A DNA stretch of 57,345 nt, the filler included, from Sphacelaria rigidula (Eukaryota): NCBI GenBank assembly GCA_964200075.2. It is 6 parts of 6 records of this genome, joined end to end, with 100 filler letters (N's around TTAATTAATTAA, not from the genome) between each part and the next. Parts side by side here need not be neighbours in the genome. Positions count along the whole stretch, not along the records: positions 9,576 to 19,050 come from CAXNAA020008406.1; positions 19,151 to 28,624 come from CAXNAA020008407.1; 4 more parts are not named here. One strand, written 5' to 3'. This document shows positions 12,061-24,077 of the stretch, piece after piece. The notes under the pieces are model-generated. The model worked only from the letters and a program-made list of their open reading frames with translations, was not told where the DNA came from and did not search any database. Position 1 is the first letter of the stretch; each line of letters opens with the position of its first letter. Position numbers and translations under genes: made by a program.

Positions 12061-12789
12061 TTTTTAAAATTTATTGTCCATCTTCGACCTCGAAAGACGC
12101 TACTGATCCTCAACCCAGAAGTGCCAATCGCGCAACGTTTACAACTCGGCAACGAAGCGGGGGATTGGACTGTAGTTTCTGGCGTGCGCTTCCCACAGAC
12201 CCAAGCTATGTCGCCTAGTTTGTTTTTTGCGTTTGCGCGTGATGCTGACTCGCAAATGACCTAAGTATACTAATAAGGTGTATTCCGCTCTGGGAGGGGA
12301 TTTCCGTGCCGCTGACGCGACGCCAGCAAAATATCAAACTAGGTCCCCTAGATCTTGTGTGTATGCGGGGGGCTGTCAAGTGCCGTGGACCGGCTTGCTC
12401 CCTGTGTCGAGAACCGCGCGATCTCCAGTGCTACAGCTTTCCGATTCCACACCAACTTGATAAATGATGAAGCGTGTGTTCTGTTCGTGAGGGCATCGGC
12501 ACAGGTCCGACCACCTACTGACGTGTTCATTATTCCTCCGCGTTATTTTTTATTTTAAATCTTGTGCCGATTTTCGGTCGTTAGGGTCCCCATTCCTACC
12601 CATCACTGTGGCATTTTTTCATCCAGACAGCACGGTGATGGACATATCCATCCTTGGTCTGGAATAAAATTTGCAATTAGGTGAAGCGAATCAAATCATG
12701 CGAGCCTTCCGTGTCCGTTGCGCGATCTGATTACATGGGGTACTTGAAATGGTAGGGCTGCCAGTCTAGAAAAAGGTATTTTGAGAATG

Positions 12790-13034
12790 AGGCCGCTTCT
12801 TATATACTGAAACAAAAAACTATCTGAGAACTGCCCTTGAACCCTTCACCACGAATTATTGGCGGAATACGGGCCTTGGCGGATTTGGCCTACTCACAAA
12901 GATTTGCTCTATTTTTCGGACAAGCGCGCTGGAATCCTCGTGAAAAATAGAGCAAATCTTTCCGAGGAGGCCAAATACGCCAAGGCCTGTATTCCGTCAA
13001 TATTCCGTGGTCAAGGTTCATAAGGGCAGTTCTC

Positions 13035-13072
<38 letters not shown>

Positions 13073-13092
13073 CTGTTTATTAGAAGCGGCCT
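12790..13092. mobile_element. Near-perfect ~300-bp foldback element (MITE-like) with a (TA)n expansion in the right arm
   Basis: TATCTGAGAACTGCCCTT (12821) pairs with AAGGGCAGTTCTCAGATA (to 13039). The inner AAAGATTTGCTCTATTTTTC pairs with GAAAAATAGAGCAAATCTTT, and the outer AGGCCGCTTCT with AGAAGCGGCCT. Confidence 0.9.
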
Positions 13093-14144
13093 GGGGAAGA
13101 TGGCATTATGTGCACCTTGTGAAATAAAATATGGCCCAGTGACAGTACGGCGGGCTTCGCAGGATAATTGCTTCTCCGCGCATGCGAAGCACACTCTAAC
13201 AAGTTTCATTTGCGTCAAGAAACCGAGCAAAATAATATCACTTGGCGCGCCGTACCAGTCATGCTTGTGAGAGGCACCCTTTTCGCACCAAATACTGAAG
13301 CGTATATCGTGAACTAAAATAGTCTTTTTCCCGTTATGAAACTGCACAGCAGCTCCTTATTTTAGTTGCGCCCCAAGGGGGGGGGAGTACTTGGAATCCT
13401 AGTTATTAGGGCGGCAGACGTTGCCATACATTTGAGACTGAAGTTGATTCACATGTTGGAGAGTATATTGGTAAATGCGGAGCAACGATGCACTCTTTTC
13501 TCGAGAGATTGGTACGTGAGGATCTCCAGTCGCTTGCACACTTTGGGTAATGACTATATATTACATTTGTAAAAAAAAATGTACTGCGTACAGTATCGAC
13601 TATTGCGTCCGTTGCAGTAGACAATAGTTTCCATACTGTACCCAGTATAATTTTTGACAATCAGTGTCATCTTTCGTCTAGGGTGTGGTTGCTTGTAGAA
13701 AGATCGACCTGATGGTGTGATGCAAATGAAGCAGTGAATCAGCTGAATTTGGGAGTCGCCTGGAGGCCGCGCAAAACGCTCGAAATGGATCCAAGAAAGA
13801 TGTTACTTTACAATTCCCCCAAAGAGTCATTTATATATTTATTTGTATGTTGGATTCTCCTGCAGCTGAAGCAGCCACTTCCAGAAAGCTTTTATGCTGC
13901 TCTTATGGCGGGTGTCTGGTCAATGTGTACATGTGAAGTATATGTGTAAGGCCGAACAGGTTCAGGGAGAGGAGGTGGGCGGGTGAGCCGGGACCCAGAA
14001 GTGTATCGTACCTTTGCCGTAATGTGCCTCAAACATTCCCCAACTATCTTTTGCTGCATATATCTGCGTGTGTGAGTGAGTATCCTTGGCAGACGTGCGG
14101 ACACGGCTTAGTAGTCAGCGTCAGAAGTTTTCAGAACTCGTAGT

Positions 14145-14316
14145 TGTCCTTTTTTCCGAGTTTTTCTGGAGTACCGTTCTTCACTACGACTTGAAAGTGC
14201 TAGCGCCGGTAGATTTCGGGAGAAAGCGTAGGCCGCGCTCAAACTGCAGTGCTCACGTTGGTGTTTATGGGGCGATACGGACTTGATACCCCGTTCACCA
14301 GGAGGGTGTTATTGAC
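14145..14316 (+). repeat. Dispersed repeat fragment, also at ~49435-49665
   Basis: CGGTAGATTT..TTTAT.GGGCGATACG...GATACCCCGT...CAGGAGGGTGTTATTGAC in both places. Confidence 0.7.
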
Positions 14317-17300
14317 CGTTTTTGGCCCAATATGAGCAGTTATCCCGCTCTTCAGCGACGAAACGGTACGTATTCAGATGCTAATGCCCCACATCCCAAA
14401 CCACTCACCAGGCTGTCCCCACACTGTCCTAGGCTGTATAGGCACCCTCTTATCCGGTATCCCCCCCACAGCCCTACTCGGCGCCCCTTTCTCATACATA
14501 CCACCAAAGCACTTAGCCCTCCTATTCATGTACCCCTGTGTTCCCCCTGTGACGCTTGTTTCTGCACCTTGAAGTTAACGGTTCTGACGCACTCCATGGC
14601 CCTATCTGTCACAGACATTGGAGGTGTGTTCATCCTACTCCTGAATATGGCGCAATGGGATGACTTCAACCCGGTAGCCCCTTGCACATACGTGGGCCTG
14701 AAGTCCTAATCGCAATCCGACCGCACCGGGGTGACATCTTTGGTGCGCGTATGACGTCTGCTGATGGGTTCTTCTGTGGCCTTCCGCCGTGAAAGTGGTT
14801 GCCGACGGTCGTGTCTGTTCCCATATTTTCTCCCTAGTCAGGGCTTGAAATGACGAGGCGTCTGGCCCGGGGACGGAAGGGGAGGGTTCCCAAAGGAGGG
14901 TCAATCAAATCAAATGATCAGCCGCGGCAAATGAACTGCCGCTGCCCTGCGATTGCTGTTGAGAGAGCAATGCAAGACGAATACGCTGTATGACACACCA
15001 GACCCACGCTCTTATGAGAGCACCACGCCATGGGCGAAGCTGGGGCCTCCATGCATCCCAAGGGCCGTATCTCGACGTGGATGCTTGATCAAGACTCGCT
15101 TCCGACACTCAGGGTAGGTCAGTGGGTGATGAGAAAGGTGCTTTCTCCGCGAGTCGCTGCGCGACTTTGGGCGAGAGAAGTGATCTTCTGCAAGTCCTTG
15201 TCACGCTCTCCAACTGCCGACTTGTTCCCAGTTCTTCTCTGATGGGACTGAGAAATGAATGTTGACCTCTATCAGGCATTGCGCGTTGACGAGCATCGTA
15301 ATGCAGAGTTGACCACCACTAAGTCAAAGCGATTCGGAACCTTTTGGAATGGGGTGAAAATGTTACTAATCTGTGCAAGATTTGAAGTGTCGGTTCAAGT
15401 CAAGGTGACTCCCCCCCAACACAGTGCTGCTGCTGCTATTGTTGTCGTCACCTAGCTTCAGCTATGCGTACGGAATACGAGAGGAGGCGCTACGGACAGC
15501 ATGCCACCGGCCTGTTCCAGCTTTCTAGCTTTCAGGAGACGCTGCGTCGGCTCGCTTTGCATGAACCTCGCCAGAAAATTGATTCCAAGTAGATGAACGA
15601 CCTCATATAATGGCTCTTACAGCACTACGCGTCTTTCTTCACCACTTGGAGCAATGGATGTAGGCCTGGGAATGTGTCGTCTTTCGTGTGACAGGGCCAT
15701 GAGAAGCTTGGTCAGACGCGCGAACTAGTGAAGTGTCTTAGCGCGAGATAAAAGACGACCTGAGCACGATATGAACCATACGACCTGGGCTTGAACCACG
15801 CCACACGACAAATGATTGATGGAATGGAGGAACGGTTGGCTGCATAGTGTAGCGTCTCGACCATGAGGATGAATGACCAGCACCAACGGTATGTCTTGCA
15901 AGGAAGATCTCGCGCGTTAACGATTCTCCAGGATTCAGAGTGACGATCTAGTAAAAGGCTCATAAATAAGCTGGTACCTGTATCCAGACTCACTTGTCAA
16001 CTCGGGCAGCCATACGCGACTGCGGGGATACTCAGTCATATTCTGTATAAGCTTCCCGTATTACTCTTCCAGGTCCGTTTGTGTCTGATTACAGGGCGAG
16101 ATGAGTTCACGCACACGTGGGCTGAGGGGCCCTATGAAGCTGGCTGTGAACTGTTCGTGCTCAAGCGTCTGTCAACGTGAATCAGCATACGCAGAGGCAC
16201 ATGTTCCAACGTCTCGGTAATCGGAGAGCTCATAATTCTCATGTCAGATCACTGTTGCTCCAACATCTTATTGCATGCACTCATACGGTTCGTGTTTTCA
16301 TCGTACTTTTATCCCCTGACCGTGTTTCGGACAAGGTGAATTACTGATCGTAGACCACTATACATATGCTGCCGTAGACGTAGTAAAATGTAGTTTTGGG
16401 ATGCTTTGTAGCCAAGTGATACCAAGCCGTAGGTTTCAGTATAATCGCATGCATGATCGGAGCAGTGGCAGGGGACAGGGGATCCTGGATTGATAACCCT
16501 TATCTGTGTGGCCCCTTGCTGTCTAGCTCTTGATGAGGTATGTTGAGGATCACTCCGTGATAATAACAAGTGAGAAGGAAGGACTTGTCGAGTACGAGGC
16601 CAGTGCTACTGGACGAGTCCCTCGTGGATAGCCCTCTTGTCCAAATCGTCTGGCAGAGGCTACAGCTTATAGATAGAGTAATCGGAAAGAGTAAAGCACA
16701 CGTAGACAACGTGGATATAATCCCAACAGACTCACATGTCGGCACTAGGATGAGGCGAGTATTCTGATGAATGTGATCGTACCGAATTTAGAATATGCAG
16801 TAGGAGTATGGAAAGAGAGCACGAAATTCGTGAAGCAGCTGGAGAAAATTTTGGTGAGAGCAGCTAAGACAGCACCTGGATGCTCAAAATCAACGAGTAA
16901 CACAGCATTGAGATCAGAACTGGGCATGCACCCACTTGAAACGAATAGAGACGTCGGGAAGTTGAAATAGCAATGTGATGTAAGAACTCTGCCGAAAAAT
17001 AGATCGCCAGCCAAAGTTGATGGGGCGGTACGGAAGAGATTAACGAAAGGGCACGCTGGAATAAGTTGGGATAGTGTAGTCCAAAAATCTTGAGGGATAT
17101 AAAAGGAAATCAAGAATAGATAATGTCCAAAGGTAAGTTTGGGGATGCAAGACAATATCGAAAAGAAAAGGCGGAAATAAAAAGGAAAGCTAGCGCCGAG
17201 ACAGAGAGTGGGCGAGGAAAGACAGCATGAAAGATTTACGGGGGTTGAGGAGAAGAGATGGGGATGAAGCCCTATTTGCCATGAGCTGGATCTACCAAAA

Positions 17301-17582
17301 CAAGTAATGAGGTACACCGGTCGGGGGGAAGAGGACGTAGATGCACACTACTGCCGATGTTGCAAATCAATAGAGAGTAAAACCCATATTGTGAGGAAAT
17401 GTGAACTATACAAGGAGGAACGGGACGTTCTAGAGGAGGAGATAGGGAAGCTCCACAAGTGTGACACGATAAAGTTTGGGACATCATGTAGTAGCGGGAA
17501 AACAATCGCAGTCCTGGGAGGTAAATGGTGGTCACAGATAAGAGGTAAAATATTGTTATGTACTCGTAATGTTTGAATGCCT

Positions 17583-18111
17583 GCGTACGGCGAGGGTGTA
17601 CCAGGCCAATGAAGGCCCGATGTAACATATTCCTGCATTATTGAAGTATGGGAATCGAGTTCACAAGTATTTTGTGTGCATTGGCTTTTGAGACCTCCAC
17701 GCAAGCGTGGATATGGGTGGGTAAAAGGAATAGCCGGCATAATCCCGGCGCGTAATGTGCCCCGGCCTAGTAAAGGTCCAAGGAAAGGACCATGTAATTT
17801 TTATTGCCTTGGTTGGTGATCTTTGGTTCTTGATTTTGGCTCTATCGTGCTTCCCTTTGCGTGTCGCGTGGGAGAGTTGGGCTCTATCTCCAGTAGTCCG
17901 AATGGTCGCCTGCGGCGTCGGATCTTTCGGGGGATTATTTACTTTGTTGTATCGAGTCTGTGTTAACTTTTCTGGGTCTTATTATATTTTTCCGTTTCCT
18001 CACACCTTGTTTTGGGTAGCTAGCCTGTGACCACGGGAGGTGTCTGCATCTGATGTCCGGTACGGAAGTGAAAGGTCCTGCGTAGATATCGCAACGATTA
18101 TTAATGTCAAC

Positions 18112-18151
<40 letters not shown>

Positions 18152-18248
18152 GGACAACAACAACAACAAGGACAACAACAACAACAACAAGGACAACAAC
18201 AACAACAAGGACAACGACAACGACAACGACAACGCATCGACACAAAGT
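17583..18248. mobile_element. ~666-bp insertion with 7-bp direct repeat AATGCCT and a (CAA)n tract near its right end
   Basis: AATGCCT at 17576-17582 and 18249-18255; LINE homology resumes on both sides. Confidence 0.6.
18110..18232. repeat. (CAA)n microsatellite with AGG/ACG interruptions
   Basis: Direct inspection. Confidence 0.95.
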
Positions 18249-18374
18249 AATGCCTAAACGCTGGAGAAATCCCGATTGGGAATAGGAACAGTGGCCCATC
18301 TCAAAAGGGATGCGTGGTCTACGGTCAATGACCAAGGCAAGCATCAAATGATTACGCCCTCCCCGCACTAACTA

Positions 18375-18991
18375 ATCGTATGCAACAGAGCAGTGAAATG
18401 ATGGGACGAGAAAGTAAAAGAGGCTACAAGAGTAAGGAGAGAGGCTCACGCAAAATAGAAATCGAGTAAAACTACAGTAGGATGGAAGAACTAAGCTCAA
18501 GATAGAAAAGAGATGAAAATTATAGTAAATAAGGAGAATACGGGAAGATGGAAATATGTAGCTGATGGAAAAAAACAAAGATTTTGATAGCGGGACGAAG
18601 CAAATGCGGGTAGGAATCACAAGGATACTGGGCGCACAGGCAGGGCAGACAGACGAGGGGAACGCCACATGACGGGCGTAGCACGGTGCGATGGTCAGTA
18701 GTTCGAAGGGGAAAAGAGAAAAACTAGCAGAGCACTAACGAAAAAAACTAGAAACACCGATAACTAACAAGACGTTCGGCAAGGAATTCGAGAAAGAAAC
18801 CAACGCGTCGGCAGTGGCATAAATGTAGAAGCATCAAAGCGGGAAGACAGCGGCTTAAAATGAGTGCAGAGAGGGTCCACAAGAGAGAAATGAAAGGAAT
18901 GCGTAGCTAAACTCAAGAGCAAAAAGGAAGCAGGCACAGACGAAGTAATGAAAGAATTCATGAAGTTTGGGGGAAAGGGAATGATCGCCAC
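18375..18991 (+). mobile_element. LINE EN-RT linker fragment, same family as 443-1060
   Basis: AAGAGGCTA.A.GAGTAAGGAGAGAGGC.CACGCAA and ..AGTDEVMKEFMKFGGKGMIA align with the reverse complement of 443-1060. Confidence 0.85.
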
Positions 18992-19050
18992 GGTGAGGAC
19001 CGACGCCCGGATGGGTACGGTGACTCGTGTACAGAGTCGAGCTAGGGGAC

Positions 19051-19150
19051 NNNNNNNNNNNNNNNNNNNNNNNNNNNNNNNNNNNNNNNNNNNNTTAATT
19101 AATTAANNNNNNNNNNNNNNNNNNNNNNNNNNNNNNNNNNNNNNNNNNNN
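19051..19150. other. Artificial 100-bp contig linker
   Basis: N-run, TTAATTAATTAA, N-run. Confidence 0.99.
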
Positions 19151-19249
19151 GGGGGATGTAAAGCTGGGGGCACGGACGAAACAAGAACAGACAATAATAA
19201 GGAAACCACCAGGAACAAAAGATGAACAAAGCAGAGATGACCAAAAACA

Positions 19250-19490
19250 ACGCGTATCTGGCGGTCCCAGGTGCTGTCGGTGCATCTTGGCCTGCAGCTT
19301 TCGCGTGCCGTATCGCTGCCTCTGCGTCATCTTTTTGGCACCAGTCTGCCATGAACCTCTCTGCTTCCTGTTCAACGAAGCTGTGCCACTCTACTGCATT
19401 CAAGGCTCTGGTACTCCACCCCTGCCATGCGATACCGAACGCCTTCATGTCTTGATCCTTGTGCCTGCCGTTAACTCTCTTACCCCTTAA
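19250..19490 (-). mobile_element. 3' end of an RTE-like LINE ORF
   Basis: DMKAFGIAWQGWSTRALNAVEWHSFVEQEAERFMADW resembles the RTE C-terminus (D..AFGI...W...A.....W...V). Confidence 0.55.
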
Positions 19491-19654
19491 CGGCTATGAA
19501 TAATTTCACCGAACATGACGTATTTCGGTATCCGTCCGGCGCGTGACGGAACCGGCAAAATGGAGTTTCCTCTTCCTCATCGCACGATGCTTTCGCACCC
19601 TGTCCTCGCGAGGGTCTCTCGGTATGACAGATCGTGGTTTGTGCGATTGTTCCT

Positions 19655-20101
19655 GGGGTATTCCGCCGGGTGTTCACCATACCCGGCAGTTCTGTAAACT
19701 CTGTAAGACCCTCATACCCGTACCCGAGAGTTCTGTATGCCTCCCGTTCCCTTTCCGGGGTACACGGGCATGCGATAAGAGTCCCGGTTTCGGGTACGGT
19801 TTTCTGTGCAACCTTTACACCCCACCCGACAGTTTCTGTGAGTTCTGTGAGCCTCCCATACCCTTACCCGACAGTTCTGTGAGTTCTGTACAAGAACTTT
19901 ACCCCAACCCAGAGTGCGGGTATGCCCTCTAAGAGTTACCCAACTGCCGGTGCCGGTTTTCTGTAAGCCTCCCATACCACACCCGACAAGTTCTGTAATT
20001 TCTTTAAGAGTTTCACACCGGTACCCGACAGACCTGTAAGAGTTCTGTAAGGAATCTCGTACCCTACAGGACGTACCCGTACCTTACAGCACACAAGCTT
20101 G
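19655..20101 (+). mobile_element. hAT-like non-autonomous element rich in TACCCG / TTCTGT subterminal motifs (left end lost)
   Basis: Same motifs as 50619-51191; right terminus CGTACCCGTACCTTACAGCACACAAGCTTG. Confidence 0.85.
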
Positions 20102-22289
20102 AACTGTACTGTTTTCTCGACAATTCGCACGCAATGTCGAGTGTATCTCGTCACTTGCGGAGGTTTGTTGATACTGAAGTGTCGAAACACCAAGAAGCAG
20201 TCGTGCAGCGGATCACGTGCCGAAGTCCTGGCGATTTGTTTCTTTTTACGCTCCCCGGGTTCCACGTACGAAATTTCCCCACACAACTCTCAAAAGCTGA
20301 GGTGCTGATTTCCGAACACGTTCAGGTTCTGGCTCAACTACTAGGACGCAGGAAATACGTACGAGTAGGGGTGCGTGAAGGAAAAAGCAAGCTCGAGAAG
20401 CTTTGCTGCAATCATTTTCAACAAACATGACAAGCGAGAGGAGTACGAAAAAGTAGGTGGATACTGAATAGAGTAAAGGGGTGCAGCAGAGCAGGGAGGG
20501 AAGAGAGAAACCATGTGCTCTGAATGTGTACGATATTCCGTGCAGAAGTGTAGGCACGCAACCATGAGTCCTGCAAAAAAACAAAGAAATCAGCAACATA
20601 ATCTAAGCTTTTTTTATGCCCTCGCGCACTACCCGTTGCAACGCCCAACGTCAGATTCAAACACATGGGTTGTTTTTTTGTGGTTTACATGACATGTAAC
20701 CGGAATTTGAGCGTCTTCCAGCTTCGACAGGGCGTGTACGACTATGACTCTCCCGCTGAGCATCTGTGCAGGCGATACCGGCATGACTTTTCTACATCTT
20801 GTCATTATCCAGAGGGTGTGCCACAACTGATCTATGTTTGTTTGCCGACACTGCGCCCTCCCGGGTGCTCATGACATGGAACTGAGTGCACCATTTACAC
20901 GTACGTATTTACTCAGTGCACAGAATTTGGGCTGCGAGATAGCCTTTGTGAGGCCCTATCGACGGGACATCAGAATTCGCTTAATTTCATGTGCTCGGTG
21001 GCGGAAACGAGCTGCTCTCCGGTGCCCATACACAATTAGTGTAGTGCAGCAAGTTTCATGCGGGTGGCTTTACCCACGGTCGAGGAATAAACAAGCAAAG
21101 TTCTCCTTCGAAAGTGCGGTGATTTTCATATGGGGGTCAAGTGCGGGTATTCACAAGTGTAGGGCGGACATTCCGGTAGGTTTTGGTTTTGTTTTGGCGC
21201 AGGACTGTACTCCCATACTGCTTGAAGGGGAAAATATCAGTATGTCGGACAGCTTTTGGCACCTCAATATTTACTTGTTGTGGGTGCACTAATCCGGACC
21301 ATGATGGAGCTGAGTAGGACCATTTTTCCACATTTGCTTCCTTCAGTGCTGGACGCCGAGCACGCGGACTAGCGCAGAGGTAGCGCTTCGGCTTCTCGGA
21401 CCCCGCTGTTACGTATTTCGTGTTTTCGGACAAGGGATCTGACAGGCCTCTTCGATTAGTTGTATCAGTTGTAACAGCCCATGACCTGTTCGTGTGAAAA
21501 TGTTCAGACAGAACGAACGACTGAGGAAATACCAGAGCTTGACCGCGTTGCTCCTTCAACATATTGTGGAGGCGGTGTTTTGGAAGCGTGGGCGTGAATA
21601 GAATCCGCACCTCGTTTGACGTGACGTCGAAACGTGGGGGATGTGCAGATTAATACTAGAGGAAGGCGTCACAGTCACAGCTGCGGCAGCGGAAGGCGTT
21701 GAGGGCCCAATTTGCGTTGAAACGGCGGATACCACCGACGGAATATTTTTCCGACACCTGCTGTCTGATGATTACAGTAGGTATGATATCAGTCGGGTAC
21801 GGACGCAGAAACGGATCCTGCCGGGCTCATGAAAACTCTTCGCCCAGTTGTGGATGAACGCTTGAAAAAACACAGCAATAAAGCATTGTCGAGGCTCCGT
21901 TATATATCTGATGGTCGGGAGCTGAACGTTTTCGCTCGAAAAGGCGCGACAGGTGAAGTTTGAACTCCTGTCGCGTGACCCTTGGGTAGTGCCGCAGACG
22001 CTTGCCGGCGTACCTGGCAGGGGGGGCGACTTCGCGGGACCGGCGTGCAAACAGTCTGGCAGCCGCGGTGTTGGTTGCAGTGGTGTTATTCTAGTGGTAT
22101 GAAGTTGGAGTATGACCGCATGGGGTTGGCACGTGAATATATCGATGATTGCCCTGCTTCCACTTCGGCCATGTTTTGTGGATTATTTCACGATGTCACC
22201 ACCTCTCATATGTGGAAATGTACTAAACCCTGGACAAAAGCTTTCTACAGGCAGTATATAATGTCAAAATGTACTGTGCACAGTATGGA

Positions 22290-23055
22290 GTCTATTGCCT
22301 ACGCAACATGCGCAATAGTGGGTACTCCACAGAGTGAAATGCTACGGCCGGCTTGCGCGCCATTGTGGTTGTACCATACCGCTTCGCCCAAGATACCGGC
22401 AGGCATTGTAGCGGCGGAGGCGACCTGTATCTCCTGGGTGCGCCGCCCAGGGCAGATGCCAACTTTGCCCCTACACTATCAGCTGTACAACATGTGGCGC
22501 AGCGAGGAGCAGTATTGTACATGTATACTGTATACAAGGATGATTCAAGATCCGTGCGCGCGGGGTGGGGCCGGCATGCAGAGAACCATGCGCATCTTCA
22601 CCATGTACTGCCGGGATGCGACCTCTTTCCAGTAGCAATCGCATGCGATGTGTGCTGTGACGGATCTCGTGCATGATGCGGCTTTCTCCACCTCCGCACA
22701 TAGCCCGTGCGGCCAGCTGTTGATGCTGACGGTGCCCACCCCTCTTCCCGCGATCCGTCCCCTAGCTGAGCCTAGGACAATAGAAACTGTGGAACACGAC
22801 TGCGCTCGTGTCCATACATGCGTGTGAGCGTGTTCGGCATCAGAGGTCATCGGGACGGGGCGAGCAAGGAACAGAAGCAAACATACGCACCTCGCAAAGC
22901 CTACCAGACTTTTTGTTTTTTTTCAGTGTTTCTTGGTCAACTTCTTCAACAACACTTGACAAGAAAAAATAGACATTTTCCGAAATATTGTCCTCGGGGG
23001 GCGCGGGGGGGGAGGGGATCCATGTGTCACAAAATCTTTGCCCGATAGACCCCTG
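22290..23055 (-). mobile_element. hAT-like element left end (CAGGGGTCT..) followed by a very decayed BED-finger / transposase N-terminus
   Basis: 22800-23055 is homologous to 35945-36160 and 36564-36830. Downstream frameshifted peptides YWKEV..MVK(C)AW..RILNH and AFHSVEYPLLRML resemble the hAT BED finger and the PF..VE.P.F..LL motif. Confidence 0.5.
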
Positions 23056-23523
23056 GTATAAAAGGCCACATCCACAAACGAGACATAAAATGCCCCCGGA
23101 TAAGTCCGCAGCAGCCGGCTAGCTTCCCATGCTTTCACCGATCGACTCAAGCACATATACAATGCACAGTAACCTAGCACCCACCATTTCAGCTACGTCA
23201 AGCCAGGATTACACCAGTGTTGGGTACGGTATGTGGGTTTGCGTTAGGGCTGGGAATATAGGGTTCACAGCCTCATATCGAGTGTTTGTGACGGGTCACA
23301 ATCAAAACCCATACTGTGACAGTTAGATTGATATCAAGGAGAAATCTATGACTTTCTCATTAAAGGCGAAATGAATGATGACCAAAGTCTTGCGGTCTAA
23401 ATTCGACTTGAATCGAGAGAAAAAGATTTACACGAGTAGTCAGACTGGAAAATTAGAGACGTCGAATAAAAAAAACACCTTCTGCGACGTTGTTGGAAAA
23501 TGAACGACTCAAATCTGACATTG

Positions 23524-23779
23524 GATCAATGCTACGATAGGGTTTTTTTCGCGAAATCGCGTCGGTTCAGGGGCTCCTACAGATTCTACTGTAGACGCAC
23601 AAATAAATGGGTCAGGGCATCCCTGATTGCTTATTCAGTCGGGGATATCCCTAGAACAGTGGAATAGGAATCCTGGCGTATTCTCACATATTTCATGAGT
23701 TGTGCTTTGGGTGAGATGAGGGGCCCCTAACAACTGTAACCTGATGAAATATTTGTGAACTAATACCGTAGCATCACTC
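23524..23779. mobile_element. MITE with GA(T/G)..ATGCTACG termini and 4-bp TSD ATTG (Sola2-like)
   Basis: GATCAATGCTACG..CGTAGCATCACTC; ATTG at 23520-23523 and 23780-23783. Confidence 0.75.
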
Positions 23780-23838
23780 ATTGCCGATTCGGGGTATTCA
23801 AAAACAAAACAAGAAATATCAACCCGGAAACCGCATCT

Positions 23839-24077
23839 GAATGATCATACGATGAGGCTGGGGGGTGGGGGGGGTGTATGATTTCACGGAAGAGGCTCAT
23901 GGGTGTTTCAAACGACCTAAAACGCTCACGGTGCGCTTGTATATGGGTGGAATGGTGTCGAGCAGCATGAAATAGTGTTTTTTTCAATAACATCGTTTGG
24001 ACAATTGCTGCTGCTTTCGTCAAAAAATGCTCCGCCCCCGCCCTCCTCGCCTCCCGTCCCTGTCGTAGGATGACCTC
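23839..24077. mobile_element. Diverged copy of the 35648-35897 MITE
   Basis: Internal similarity (CACGGAA..GGCT.ATG.GTGT..GACCT..GCGCTTGTAT..TCAATAACA) and right end CC.TGTCGTAGGATGAC; flanks ATCT/ATGT. Confidence 0.7.

Larger units (their letters stand above)
16570..18366 (+). mobile_element. Decayed LINE ORF2 C-terminal half and 3' end, interrupted at 17583-18248
   Basis: NVIVPNLEYAVGVW..TALRSELGMHPLET..; Cys/His motif CRCCKSIESKTHIVRKCELY; VLGGKWWSQ. The 3' end matches 9690-9790. Confidence 0.85.

Noticed and set aside
14570..15240. Possible minus-strand exons
   Set aside because: All frames after the best acceptor hit stops, and no consistent exon chain could be built.
17935..18368. Poly-Cys, poly-Val and poly-Thr ORFs
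   Set aside because: Translations of a (CAA)n microsatellite.
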